DNA of 64,000 nucleotides from Octopus vulgaris (lineage: Eukaryota): positions 17,980,001 through 18,044,000 of the forward strand of contig OX597841.1 in the NCBI GenBank assembly GCA_951406725.2. The letters are read 5' to 3'. Below, piece by piece: positions 24,301 to 37,749 of this stretch (positions are counted from its first letter, which is position 1; the number at the start of each line of letters is the position of its first letter). A program made the translations under genes and the position numbers. Below the pieces are notes generated by a model. That model did not search any database. It was not told the DNA's origin and saw only the letters and a list, made by a program, of their open reading frames with translations.

Positions 24301-27300
24301 GAGAGAGTTTCACGGGAGCGATACCAGAATATGGACAAACACGAATGTTCGTGGAAACTTAATGAATTCGAATTATGTAAATTTGCATATAAGTGATAAT
24401 AGTTTGAATGAAAATTGCAGGAACTCAGAAGTTTGCGGAAATCAGACGAACACGAATCACAAAAAGGAGAAGGCAGAGGAAGAGAGGGAAAAAGAAGAAG
24501 ATGAATCTATGAAACCCGACAACAGCACGAGTGGTTTAGTTGAAACGGACCCTAGATGCCAACCCACTGAAGTTCCATTTCTGTACTATCCTGCAGCCAG
24601 CGAGAAAGAAAATGTTTATCACAGAAGCTGTTCCAAGATGAATAATCTTAAGGGTTGTTGTGAGGCTGAATTAGACGATGAACACACCAATAAAGATGTA
24701 CTCAGAAATGATGAATTTTATCTTAAAATCCAAGTAGATGAGAAGAGGAGGAATGAAAAGAAAGCAGGGAGTGTGGAAAGCAATGACTGCTATTTAGCAA
24801 AATCACAGTTTATTAGTCAATCCGTTGTTGATTCACTTAAAAGCAGAGATGTCCTGGAACACAGTAGAAATGACGCTGGTAAAACATGCTCGAATAACGC
24901 TAGCAGTTTTTACAATGATAGAGCTGTCTTCACCAATTCAGATGAGGATTATGAAAGAGCCGAATCCTTAATGAGCACCAACGTGAATAACAGAAATTCT
25001 GACGTAAGTGGAGAACAAACGATGAGAGTCAATCACGGAAATTTGTACGTAAGTGGAGAACAAACGATCCCAAATTACGGAAACTTGGATGTAAGCGGCC
25101 AACAACAAAACGGAGACTCAAACTTGAACGGAACTCGAATGAAAACAAGCTACAATAAACCTGAAGGAAAAGAAGAAGAAGAAGAAGAAGAAGAAGAAGA
25201 AGAAGAAGAAGAAGAAGAAGAAGAAGAAGAAGAAGAAGAAGACGACCAACAAGGACAAGAATGTTTGGAAGTCGACGATAGAAAGAAAAGTTTAGTTGGA
25301 ATGGAATGTCATCGTGATGTCGTTCTGTTGACGTGTAGTGATGCAACCATTGAAAGAACAAGCGTTTCTCACACAAGCAGTTCACAGATGGTCGTCTTTA
25401 ACGACGGCACTAACGCTGTCTCAGATTATGGTCCCACCCACGAAGATGTGACAAGAAATGATCGATTTCACCCTACAATCCTGGCTGGCGAAGAGGATCG
25501 AAGAAGCAAAACTGAAGGGGAGGAGTGTGTGGAAGTCGATAACAGCAGCATACGTTTAGAACCAGCAGACTCGTGTAAAGGTGTCACATGTAGATCACAG
25601 GCGAATATCCTTAACCAGAACAGAAATGATATTATCGAAGCGTGTTCAGGTGAGGTTCACAATTTCTGCAATGACGTCCCTATCCTCAAAAATGTAGAAG
25701 AGTTCAAAGAAAAAGTCCAATCCTTAAAGCGTACGAACTCAGATTATGGAAATCCGCACGCAAGTCAAAATCCGACGAAAGAAAATCCCAACAACCCAAA
25801 TGTATGTGGAAATCGAATGAATGCTAATTACGGAACATCAGGTGTAAATGGAAATTTGACAAACAAAAACTGTGGAAAGTCAGACATCACTAAAATTCCA
25901 GCAACAGAAGAAAATTGTGGGAAATCGAAAGAAAGTGGCAAACTGGTCGACGCAAATTTCAATGAGTTAAACGTAACTACAAATCAGATGAACACAAGTT
26001 ATAGAATCTCAGAATTAAGTGGAAAACTAACGAACGAAAAGCTCAGCATCACGGAAGACGGCAACGATGAGGAAAAAGAAAAATCTAATAAAATTCACAA
26101 AAGTACGAAAAATTTAGTTGAAACGGAACGGAAGCGTCATCTGGTTGAAGTTTCGTTAATGTGCAATGAATGCAACGGGAATGCAAACTTTTCTCACACA
26201 AGCAGTTCACAGACAAAGATTGTTAATGGCTGTAGTTGCACCAATAAAAATGTTGTCAGAAACGACGAGGAGAAGCAAAGAAGACAGAAGGTCGAAGAGC
26301 ACGAGAAGAACAATAAGAGAAGAAAAGCAGAGTGGAAGTGTCAGTCCGTTGTAAGTCTATCCAGAGACAGAGATGTTAGCATACACGGCTTACAGACGAA
26401 TATCATGAACTGTGGCAGAAACGGTTTTGTCCAAACGTTTGCGAATGATGTCCTTAATTTCTGCAATAATGTCCATGCAGTCGGCAATGTAGAAGAAAAG
26501 GAGAACGAATCAGGGCATTGTTCATCGAGGATAAACTCAAAATATGGAGATTCAGGCGTTTGTCGAAACCCGACGAACGCAGACGTATGTGGAAATTGGA
26601 ATAACACAAATGATGGAAACTCGGTAAATTCAAAATGCAAAAAATCAGAAGCGAACGGGAGTCAGACAAAAGCAGACGACAAAACCTCAGAAAAAGGAGA
26701 TAAGGAAGGAGAAGGGAAACTAGTAAGGAAAATCCTCAAAGGCAACGGTGAAATAGAAACAGACCGTCACACCATTGAAGGTCATTACGGAAATAATGCA
26801 GCCAGCGACAGAGCCAACATCTCTTACAGAAGCAATTCACAGATGGATAGATTTAATGGTGACACCAATAGTGACGTCACCAATGATCGATTTTATCCCC
26901 AAACCCAGGAAGACAAGGAAGCCCGAATAAGCCGAAAAGAAGGAGGACATACGGAAACTGATAACTGCCGCAGCACTTTAGCAAATCTTGGTTCCCTATG
27001 TCAATCAGTTGGTATTCCACTTATTTGCAGTGATGCCATAAGCAGCTTGCAGACGAATGTCTTAAATCAGATCAGTAATGACCGTGTCGAAGGGGGTTCA
27101 AATAACGTTTACTCCTTTTGCAATAATGTCCCTGCTCTCATCAGGGCACAAGATGACGAAACAAATCAAAGCTCAAACAGGATGAATGCAACTAACGGAA
27201 ACTTGGATGTAAATCGAATTACATCCAATTGCGGTAAGTCAAACGACATTGGGAAGCGGACGAATTCCATCTGCGGGAAATTAGAGGCAGATGAAAATCG

Positions 27301-28874
27301 GGTGGACGCCAGTTGTGGAAACTGGAATGTAAATAGAAAAAGAACGAGTGAATATTGTGAAAATCTGCACGTAAGTGGAGATCAACCGGGAAACGCAGAC
27401 GTAAGGGAACATTCTAGAAATTCGAATTACGTTTACTCAGATATAAGCGGGGATAGAGTGAATTTATATCACGGAAAATTAGAAAACGGAGATAAGGAAG
27501 GAGAAGAAATGTCAATGAAAATCCACAAAAGCAACAATGATTTAGTTGAAACGGAACCGGAGCGCCATCCAAGAGAGGTTCCATTTCCATGCAATATTAC
27601 AGGAAACGCGAAAGCAAACTTGTCTGAGGTAAACAGCTCAAAGGTGAATAGCTTCAACGGTTGCAGAGACGTTGTCTCAGATACTGGCCTCGTCATTAAA
27701 AATGCAACTAGAGATGATCGATTTTATCTGAAAACCATGCCTGGCGATGAAGATGAAAGGGAAAAGGAAGTGGAAGTAGAATACGTGAAAACGTTCAATA
27801 GCAACAGTTCTTTAGCAAAACTAGAGTTAAGATGTCAACCTGTTGATAATTCAACTATGGATTCGCATACCACAGTACATAAGTCACAGGAGGCCAGCTT
27901 AAGCAACAACAGCAGCAGTGATATCGTCGTTGGACGTTCGAATGTCAGTCGAAATTCTGGCAGGGCTATCCCTTTTCTTAACAATGCGGAAGATAATTCA
28001 CCAAGAAAGTTCTCAAACGGAACTAACCCAAATTACGGAAACTCAGACGTAATTGGAAATTTAACGAATAGAAATTACGGAAATTCGGAATATGAAGATA
28101 AGGATCAAGAAATATCTAAGAAAATCGACAACAGCAACAATTATTTAGGTGAAGCGCAACCTAAGCATAATCTCACGAAGGTCCCATTTCTGTGCAATGC
28201 TGCAACAAGCAAGAGGACAGACTTTCCTTACACAAGCAATTCACTGATTCACAACTCTCATGGCTGCACTGATGTTGTCTCAGATTATAACCTCATTGAG
28301 GAAGATGTGGCCAGAGATGATCGATTTTCTCCTAAAACCCAGGCAAACAAGGAGGCCCGAGGAGGTCAAAAGGAAGAAGAGTATGTGAAATCCGACAAGA
28401 GCAGAAACAGCTCTTTACCTACAATAAGTCCTGTTTGCCAGCCCGTGGCTAATCCACCTGGATGCAGTGATGCCATAAATTGCTCACAGAGCAGTAATGA
28501 TGCTGTGAAAAAGAGTTCGAATGACGTTCGTAGTTGCCGCAGTAATACTCTCTCTGTTCTCCACGATGCTAACGACGGTGGCTTAATAGGAGAGATATCG
28601 AACAGAACGAATAGAAATTGCAAAACCATGGATGCGGATGGAAATCGGACGAATGTAAAGAACCTCGCTCAAGATTCAAGTGGAAAGTCGACAAATGCAA
28701 GTTACGGAATCTCAGACTTAAATAGGAATCACGCGAATACACCGCTATTCCGGATTGAAAATCCCAATTGCTCCGATGATCAGCGTGTACCTGCGGCCAA
28801 TGACAAGACAGCCTCCTTCCCGATCATCCTCTCAATCGATCAGCAAGAATCTTTCTATTCTGATCTCCCACCAA
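24301..28874 (+). CDS. Giant internal-repeat exon of a RAD51AP2-like gene (first ATG at 24362)
   Basis: Uninterrupted 4.6-kb frame in a repeat-rich genome. It opens right after TGA at 24296-24298, at acceptor tttctcttatgaAG (24300), and has a consensus donor CCAA|GTAAGT at 28874 (phase 1). N/S/E/D/C-rich, with poly-Glu from (GAA)n at about 25171-25240. Confidence 0.85.
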
Positions 28875-29451
28875 GTAAGTATTATTATTTTGGCTGTCTT
28901 TACGTTCTGAGTTCAAATTCCGCCTTTCACCCTTTCGGGGTCGATAATGTAAGTACCATTTGAGCACTGGAGTCGATATCATCGATTTACTCCCGTCCCC
29001 TCTAATGCTGGCCTGACACCAAAATTTGAAAAGCAAAATATTGTTGTTGTTGTTCTTGTCATGTCAAGCGCATTTGAATCCCTCCACGTTTCCCTGCGAT
29101 CCATTATATCTGGAACCCATTTTTAAAAGCTTTGTATCCTACAACAGATGCTGCACATACGCTAGACAATGTTTCTTTTTCTGTCACATACTGGTCCCTA
29201 TAGTCATAATTAACGTCCAATTTTATCTTTTCTTCGCCAACACTGCCCGACAGACGACGGGCTTCTTTCAGTTTCCGCTTAGCACATCTTCTCACAAAGC
29301 TTCAGTCGGCCCTGAGCTATACTAGAACACACTCGCCGAAGGCGCTGCGCAGTAGCACTGAACCCAATGACCACAAGATTGAAAAGCAAGCTTCTAACCA
29401 CACAGCCACGTCTGTAAATAGTTTCTTCTTCATTGATTTTAGAAGAGAAAT

Positions 29452-29481
<30 letters not shown>

Positions 29482-29482
<1 letters not shown>

Positions 29483-30035
29483 GTCAACGATGACGCTTAT
29501 AGCAGCGACGACGGGAGTATTAACTCGTGTCCGAGTAACTAATCTGTAGCGAGTGATTAAACCTCTTCATCCTGAAGGGTGCGAAGAGTGCCGGTGCCTG
29601 AGGAGGCTGTTAAGGCCAAGTGTTGTATAGAAGAGCCGGGGGGCGGCATATATTGCAGGGGAGGGTTGGTTGGGAGAGGAAGTGCGAATCGCTCTTTGCG
29701 CCTTCGACATCCTATTTCTTCCTCTCGTCTGTTATATTCCATCTTGTCCGTTCCCTTCACGATGTCATGCCGCTGTTTTGGCGGTCACTTGGCGAGTGTC
29801 TCCCAGGTATTTGGACTAATGGAGCAACGGAAGAGAGTGGCCTTGAGCTCGTCTCGAAAACGGAATTCACAAATGGCCTTCAGGTGATATTGTTTAGGGT
29901 GGATCATGTATTGCGATCATCAGAACCAAGCACTCGGTCATCCGCCTTCATCAGCGGCACCCTTGGCATTGGTGACATGCTGGACCTGGTTACAGGTGTT
30001 GCAGTGGATTGCCGGATGCTTCAGGTATAATCGAG
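29482..30035 (-). mobile_element. 5'-truncated RTE/BovB-like LINE 3' end with a (CA)n tail
   Basis: Minus strand: QHVTNAK, FRDELKATLFRCSISPNTWETLA, RRRKER, CNIC, GLNSLLRH. Confidence 0.75.
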
Positions 30036-30036
30036 A

Positions 30037-30360
<324 letters not shown>

Positions 30361-31247
30361 GCTAGCTAGATGCCTAGCTAACTTTTATACACCCCCCCAC
30401 ACACACACACTACATATGTGGGAAATTTTGATGAAACTTGACACGTGAATAGAACTCATGCCTGGAAACCTCATGGCATACTCAGATTGTTGAAAAAAAA
30501 TCGTTGCTAAGGCCCCTGGAAGGTATCCTTATATATATCTAATGTATTTCATTTTAACAGCCAAGGGAAATAACCCATTCATTTTTCCGAAATCATTTGA
30601 TATAAATCAAATTGTGTATGCTTTATTTCTTAGTATTTGAAATGTGAGAGTTATTTTCACAATTTCTCCAGTACAACCCTTAAACAAGTAAATAGTAGTT
30701 TTCTTAACAATAGATCCACTCATTTCAGTTAGTGACTTATTCACGAATATACCAACACTAGCGCTGCTGAGGGTAATATTCTCTGCGAATGCACAAAAGT
30801 CCTTTTCAGAGTTATTTACTATGAATTGTTATTATCTCATATCTGATTAGCCTGTTATTACATAACATGCATCAAGATTTTAGTATACATACCTTATTGG
30901 TATTTCCCCCTAAGTTAAAGTCCTTTCTTGTATATAGCCCTTTCTGGGTCAACAATACTTGAATTCTTACTATAAGGTAACTAATTTCATGTTATAATTC
31001 TTATTATAAGGTAACTAATTTCATGTTATTATATAACTGACTTCACAATTTGCATATTCATAACTTATTAGGAATTCCTAAAAGCAAGGTCCTGTGTAAG
31101 ACAGTTCGGTATTTTCTGTAAATGCACAAAAGCCATTTTAAGGGCTACATACTTTGTATTGTTGTTATTGGATTAGCGAAACAGTTATGAGAACGGAACT
31201 AAGAGATAAGCCCGGCTTTCCCGAGAATTCCCGGGAACGTTAGCTAG
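30361..31247 (+). mobile_element. Probable non-autonomous Helitron (second family); 5' end uncertain
   Basis: Hairpin ttcccgagaattcccgggaa followed by CTAG|T at 31244-31248. Shares ttgatgaaacttgacac with the other Helitron copies. Confidence 0.5.
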
Positions 31248-31260
31248 TATGTATATGTAT

Positions 31261-31810
31261 ATTGCACCTCCCCCACACACACGCACTGACAGGGAAGCTA
31301 TCCGCCCCATGACCGTCTTTGGAATGTACATATATATATATAAAAGGAAATGAAGAAAATGCTGACAAAATAATTTAAGTAAGGGAGAGTGTATTTAATT
31401 AGGTGAAAGTTCTTTTTTTAAACAAAAAAAGAGAAAAATTGGGTTAGAATACAATGTACATTTTTACCGGTTGCGCATTTGTTATGCTTATCAAAAGATA
31501 TTTTGAGTGAGATAGAGTTCCTTTCTGATTGATTTTTTTCTCTTATCTGACTTATCTTATCAAAAGTCAGATAAGAGAAAAAATCAATCAGAAAGGAACT
31601 CTATCTCACTCAAAATATCTTTTGATAAGCATAACAAATGCGCAACCGGTAAAAATGTACATTGTATTCTAACCCAATTTTTCTCTTTTTTTGTTTAAAA
31701 AAAGAACTTCACCTAATTAAATACACTCTCCCTTACTTAAATTATTTTGTCAGCATTTTCTTCATTTTCTTTTTTTATATATCATAACTCGTGTTCCACA
31801 TCTCCTTTTT

Positions 31811-31848
<38 letters not shown>

Positions 31849-31915
31849 ATTTTCCAAAGACGGTCATGGGGCGGTTAACTTCCCTGTCAGTGCGTGTGTG
31901 TGGGGGAGGTGCAAT
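31261..31915. repeat. Long fold-back palindrome: inner arms about 210 bp and near-perfect, 10-nt loop at 31554-31563, outer arms about 64 bp
   Basis: 31342-31553 is the reverse complement of 31564-31772; 31261-31324 mirrors 31852-31915. Confidence 0.95.
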
Positions 31916-32058
31916 GGTGCAGTGGTTAGGGCAGCGGACTCGCAGTCGTAGGATCGCGGTATCGATTCCCAGACCGGGCAAGTTTTTATAGAGCAAAAAA
32001 TCTAAAGTTCCACGTGGCTTCAGCAGGGGGTGGTGGCGAATCCTGCTGTACTCTTTCG
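31905..32058 (+). mobile_element. tRNA-derived SINE head
   Basis: TGGTGCAGTGG (A box) and GGTATCGATTCC (B box). A related element lies on the minus strand at about 62460-62730. Confidence 0.65.
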
Positions 32059-32060
32059 CG

Positions 32061-32560
32061 TATGTATGTATGTATGTATGTATGTATGTATGTATGTATG
32101 TATGTATGTATGTATGTATGTATGTATGTGTGCGTGTGTGTGTATGTATGTATGTATGCATGCATGCATGTATGTATGTATGTCTGTATGTATGTGTGTA
32201 TGTATGAATGTATGTATGTATGTATGTATGTATGTATATATGTATGAATGTATGTATGTATGTATGCATGCATGCATGCATGTATGTATGTGTGTGTGTG
32301 TATGTGTGTGTATGTAGGTATGTATGTATGTATATGTATGTAAGTATGTGTGTATGTATGTGTGTGTGTGTGTATGTATGCATGTATGTATGTGTGTGTA
32401 TGTATGTATGTATGTATGTATGTATGTATGTATGTATGTGTGTATGTATGTGTGTGTGTGTGTATGTATGCATGTATGTATGTATGTATGTATGTATGTA
32501 TGTGATTGTGTGTGTATGTATGCATGTATGTGTGTGTATGTGTGTGTATGTATGTATGTA

Positions 32561-32597
<37 letters not shown>

Positions 32598-32851
32598 ATG
32601 TATGTATATGTATGTATGTATGCATGCATGCATGCATGCATGCATGTATGTATGTGTGTTTGTGTATGTGTGTGTATGTAGGTATGTATGTATGTATGTA
32701 TGTATGTATGTATGTATGTATGCATGCATGTATGTATGTATGTATGTATGTGTGTATGTATGTATGTATGTGTGTATGTATGTATGTATGTATGTGTGTT
32801 TGTGTGTTTGTGTATGTGTATGTATGTGCACGCGCGTGTGTGTGTGTGTGT
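32061..32851. repeat. (TATG)n/(TG)n compound microsatellite
   Basis: Seen directly. Confidence 0.95.
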
Positions 32852-33712
32852 GTTTTAATAGCTATGACGACTTTTCCACGTGAAAACTGTTTCGTTTTTA
32901 TCAACAATCTTAAATTAATTCTGTTGCTAAGCAACTAACGAATTAGCGGAGTCATTAGGACAAATCGCCTGGATCTCTGTGCACTGAGTTCAAATCTCGC
33001 TAAAGTCAACTTTATCTTTCAGAACTGATGAGAAACCACCAGTCCCGGAAGGTGGACTCAATACGTGGCGCCACATATTAAACTCGGTACTTTGTGGTTT
33101 CTGAGTTTTTCAAATTCCTTACCTGGTTTAACAAATACTATTTTACTCTTGGCTGCCTTTAGTGGAAATCGTTTTGTGCCACCATTCTTTTCGCCACTCC
33201 CTCAGACTCAAAAAAAATTTTAATTAGTAAAAAAAGAGGCGGTGTTATCCTCCTATCGCTAATTAAACGAGTAAAACAAAAAAATATACATATTTACATA
33301 AAATATTTTACTGAAGCTAACAAGGGAGGCAACCCTTCAATAACCAGGTCATACTCGACATTATTATTATTGGGCTTATGTTGTTACCTCCCTTGTACAT
33401 ATCTTACTTGTTTCGGTCTTTAGACTGCGGGTCATGCTGGCCACTGTCTTGATGGGTTCGAGTCCAACAAATCGACCGCACGGCTTACTTTTTCTAAGCC
33501 TGGTACTCATTCTGTTAGTTTTTTAAAAAAAATTTTTTGTCGAACCATTGAGTTACGAGTATGTAAACCAACCAAACTGGTTGTCAAGTAATAAGGCTGG
33601 GAGGACAAACACAAAAACACACACACACACACAGTTTTATATATATATACGTATATATATATATACATTTATATATATATATATATATACATACATATAT
33701 ATATATATATAC

Positions 33713-33751
<39 letters not shown>

Positions 33752-33758
<7 letters not shown>

Positions 33759-33977
33759 TTAGAGATAAATCCATTATTAGGTAAATCAAACAATGAAAAA
33801 CTTAAGCCAATACATAAAATTAATTCATTTATATTATTTTAAATATATATCATTATCTTTTATTTTAATACTTTTGATATATATTTAAAATAATATAAAT
33901 TAATTAATTTTATGTATTGGCTTAAGTTTTTCATTGTTTGATTTGCCTAATAATGTTTTTATCTCTAATTTAATATA
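33752..33977. repeat. AT-rich inverted repeat with arms of about 100 bp
   Basis: taaattagagataaa...cttaagccaatacataaaatt is mirrored by aattttatgtattggcttaag...tttatctctaattta. Confidence 0.85.
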
Positions 33978-34265
33978 ATATAATATTTTACTATAAAATT
34001 GGATTTAATCCTAAATCTGATTTTTCTCTGTAAGTTTGGATTTATTCCCTAATATTTTATTATATATATATATATCCCAGATGAACCAACTTCATGGCAG
34101 GAGGTGCAGATGAGGGCTGCTGCATCGAACTCTCTCATGCACCAAATGGCAATTGCTAAAAAGCATTCGTGAAGTAAAATCATGTAGCAACACCAAATGG
34201 CGGTGCCCCAGCATGGCCACAGCTTGTGAGCTGAAACTAGATAAATAAAAATAAAATAAATAAAA

Positions 34266-34344
<79 letters not shown>

Positions 34345-34367
34345 ATATATATGTATATATATAAATG

Positions 34368-34398
<31 letters not shown>

Positions 34399-34427
34399 GT
34401 ATATATGTATATATATATATGTATATA

Positions 34428-34475
<48 letters not shown>

Positions 34476-34665
34476 CACACACACACGACAGGCTTCTTTC
34501 AGTTTCCGTCTACCAAATCCATTCAGCTCTGATTTGAAACTGGAATTATGTGGTTGGGAAGCAAAGCCCTTACCACACGGCCAAGACCTTACCTACCAGC
34601 CACTCCTGTGTGTGTTCCTTTAAGGGAATACCAAGTTCAAGCCCATGTTCTTTTCTCTCCTTATA

Positions 34666-35544
34666 CATTGGTCTGATCAATAAGTATTCGAACATGTTGT
34701 CATAGTAACGAAGCTAAAGCACACAGAGTAAAGCCACTTGGTACATATTGACCTTGAACTCTGCTGTGCTTGCACACTAAGTTTTAACGTTCTAGCTCAC
34801 TTCCGCTGTTTATAGCAGTGCTTGGAAGGACGGTGTGTAGCGTGTGATTGTTGCAACGACCACAACAGAGAAAGTTGGGCAGAGAATCTGCATCAAATTT
34901 TGCCAAAAGCTTAGCGATCCCTGCTCAGGGGCCTGCACAAAGTTTTCAAAAAGTTCTTATTGTTTCCGACACAATGAAGAAGATCTGCAACTGAAACCTG
35001 GGTGGTTTTTTTTTTTTTTGTCAATTGAAAGCAGTTTTGGCAGAACCTTAGTAGACATGCACCTCATACCAAAATCTTCAGTGATAAAGGACTGAACTGA
35101 ACCAGAACTAATCCGCACATCCTCTGATAACTCTGGATGGTGATTCGATGGTTTCCCTCCTCAGCTGCATACACTGTGATGTTTTTCTCTGTTCGACTGG
35201 TTGCGGGTCTCCCAGAATGCTCGTCAATAAGGACATTTTTTCAGCCATCTTGGAAATGTTTCAACCACTTGTAGACCTGTGTTTCCTTCATACACTCCTC
35301 TCCATACACTTTCTGCAACTTTGTGTAAGGCCTCTGAGCAGGTATCACCATGACAACTTTCTCTGTCATGGTCAATGCAATGATCACACACTACACACCT
35401 TCCTTCCAAGCACTGCTGTAAACGGTAGAAGTGAGCTAGAACCTTAAAACTTAGTTCACATGCACAGCAGAGGTCAAGGTCAATCTGTACCAAGTAGCAT
35501 TCATTACTATGGCAACGGTCTGGATACTTATTGTTCAGAACTTG
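34666..35544. mobile_element. Non-autonomous mariner derivative with long (about 230-280 bp) inverted ends and TA target duplication
   Basis: TA at 34664-34665 and 35545-35546. Left arm encodes TEKVGQRICIKFCQKL. The interior (minus strand) encodes the HTH remnant QKVYGEECMKETQVYKW...SGRP. Confidence 0.85.
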
Positions 35545-35660
35545 TATAGGTGTGAGTGAATCTGTGTGTGTGTGTGTGTTCCTCGAAATTGCAGGCCTTG
35601 TGCTAAAATTTGAAATTTTACCCTTCCCCTTCTTATTTTTACAATCTTCTTACTTTTTAG

Positions 35661-35750
35661 AGAGACATTTCAACTACAAAGGGAACTTTACATGGAAGAA
35701 ACCTTTAGAAGACTGTTCTGTGACTGTGAGGACGAATTCAGCAGAAACAG
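35661..35750 (+). CDS. Internal 90-bp exon of the RAD51AP2-like gene (KRHFNYKGNFTWKKPLEDCSVTVRTNSAET)
   Basis: Long pyrimidine tract ...tcttcttactttttAG, donor CAG|GTAAAC. Phase 1/1 and open, matching both neighbouring exons. Confidence 0.75.
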
Positions 35751-36179
35751 GTAAACTAAAGCAGTATGATTACCATTGTTGTTTGACCTCCTCATCAGGC
35801 TCGCCTTGGCTGTGGCCTTCTCATCATTTATTTAGATTTAGCCTTGAGATGAATTGTTAAGAAGATAAGAATGTCCTTCAGTGGCTTAGTGGTTAGGGTG
35901 TTGGATTCACGACCGTAAGATTGTGGTTTCCATCCCTGGACTGGGTGAGCCATTGTGCTCTTGAGCAAAACACTTCATTTCACATTGCTCCAGGCCACTC
36001 AACTGTAGATATGAGTTTAGCCCGGGGAGAGGGATGGGCTCTGCCAGGCTTTCTCACCCCAATGACAGCCAAGGGGTTTAGGGACTTGGCATTGTCATTA
36101 CCTTGTCAGTAGCCCAGTGAATAAGAATACCTTGCTGCAGGGTTATCATTATCAGGGAGAGAACTCATGACAAGAAAGA

Positions 36180-37230
36180 CCCTAAACTGAGAGACAAGAT
36201 CTGGCAGTTATTATTGCTCCCAAGAAGACAAAAAGTCATCTTCCTCAAAGCAACAACTGAAAGTGTGCAATTTTAGGGATCTGAAAGTTGGACCCTAACA
36301 AAAATGTTGCAGGAACTTCTAGACAGATGCTACACCCACTAACTCCGACGTGTACGAAAATATTGAGTGGCAACAGAGGGTGACCAGTAAAGACCTCTAT
36401 AGGAGACTTTCCCCTGATAGCAAAGGTGGTCAGAGCTGGAAGACTGTGTTTTGCTGGGCACTGCTACCAGGCCAGAAGCGAATGCATCAGGGATGTGTTA
36501 CTCTGGGAAGCAACACATGACCAAAGAAGCAGAGATTGACTGGCCACAACATATGTTAACAGACCAATGGGCGACACTGGCTCATCGGTTTCCAAGTTCA
36601 AGTCAGCAATGGAAGGCAGAGACTCTTGGAAGAACGCCTGTGCAGATGAAAGAAACTGAATCTAAGAGGTAGACTAGCATTTTAGAAATAAAGATCCCTA
36701 GTTCAATTTGTGTCTGGTACCCTGTACATATTAAGTGATAGGAATCAGCATGGATGTGTGGTAAGAAGCTTGCTTCCCAATCACATGGTTTGGGGTTCAG
36801 TCCCACTGCATGGCAGCTTGACCAAAGCCTTGTTTTGAATTTGGTATGCAGAAATTGAAAGAAGCCTATCATGTATGTATTTATATACATACATATTTAT
36901 AAACAAGGTGCAGGTATGGCTGTGTGGTAAGAAGCTTGCTCAACCACATGGTTTCAGGTTCAATCCCACTGCATGGCACCTTGGTCAAGTGTTTTCTGCT
37001 ATAGCCTCAGGCCTTGTGATTGAATTTTGTATGCAGAAGATCCTGTCTGAGTCCCTGTAGAGGTCTTTATTGGTCACCCTCTGTTGCCACTCAATATTTC
37101 AGTGCATGTCAGAGTAGCATCCATCTTGTAGTTCCTGCAACTTTTTTGCCAGGGTCCAAGTTTCAGATCCCTAAAATAGTACACTTTCAGCCATCGCTTT
37201 GAATATCATGACTTTTTGTCTTCTTGGGAA
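36180..37230. mobile_element. Two decayed RTE-type 3' fragments in opposite orientation (about 36180-36670 +, about 37045-37230 -)
   Basis: aatattgagtggcaacagagggtgaccagtaaagacctcta and its reverse complement. GSESWTL and FAGHCY motifs. Confidence 0.65.
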
Positions 37231-37749
37231 TGGTGACTGCCAAATCCTGTGGTGTGAAAGTTCTTGTACCACCTAACAGACAGGTGAGAAAAAAGATTTG
37301 ATAACAATTACAATCAGGTATTTGGCCAGTCAAAGTGTAAAATGTACAATAATCTATGTTTTAAAAGAAAGTTTGAACTTCAGTCTGGTACTATATAAAG
37401 ACCCAAGAGTGAGATGCATGGATTCTAGAACAAAATGATGAAATCAGAATATAGGGTGGATGTAGATATTATGAGTATGCATACTTAACTGGTACACTTA
37501 AGTTTAAATATAAAGGCTGCGAGTTCAAGTCCATTCTGATACTGTGTATAGGCGCAGGAATGGCTGTGTGGTAAGTAGCTTGCTAACCAACCACATGGTT
37601 CCGGGTTCAGTCCCACTGCGTGGCATCTTGGGCAGGTGTCTTCTGCTATAGCCCCGGGCCGACCAATGCCTTGTGAGTGGATTTGGTAGACGGAAACTGA
37701 AAGAAGCCTGTCATATATATGCATATATATATATATATATATATATATA

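Noticed and set aside
24362-28874. BRC-like FxxA RAD51-binding repeats in the giant exon
   Set aside because: No consistent FxxA motif seen in the repeat units.
28875-28963. C-terminal tail of the 1533-aa ORF (KYYYFGCLYVLSSNSAF...)
   Set aside because: Lies after a consensus GTAAGT donor and is SINE family B sequence.
33020-33110. CTGATGA followed by a gaaaccac/gtggtttc stem (hammerhead?), or a + exon 33023-33086
   Set aside because: No GAAA after the stem. As an exon, the open frame is phase 2/0 and incompatible with the phase-1 neighbours.
33123-33200. Minus-strand open segment ending CCAG|GTAAGG in phase 1, a possible upstream partner of the S6K exon
   Set aside because: No kinase similarity and a weak acceptor.
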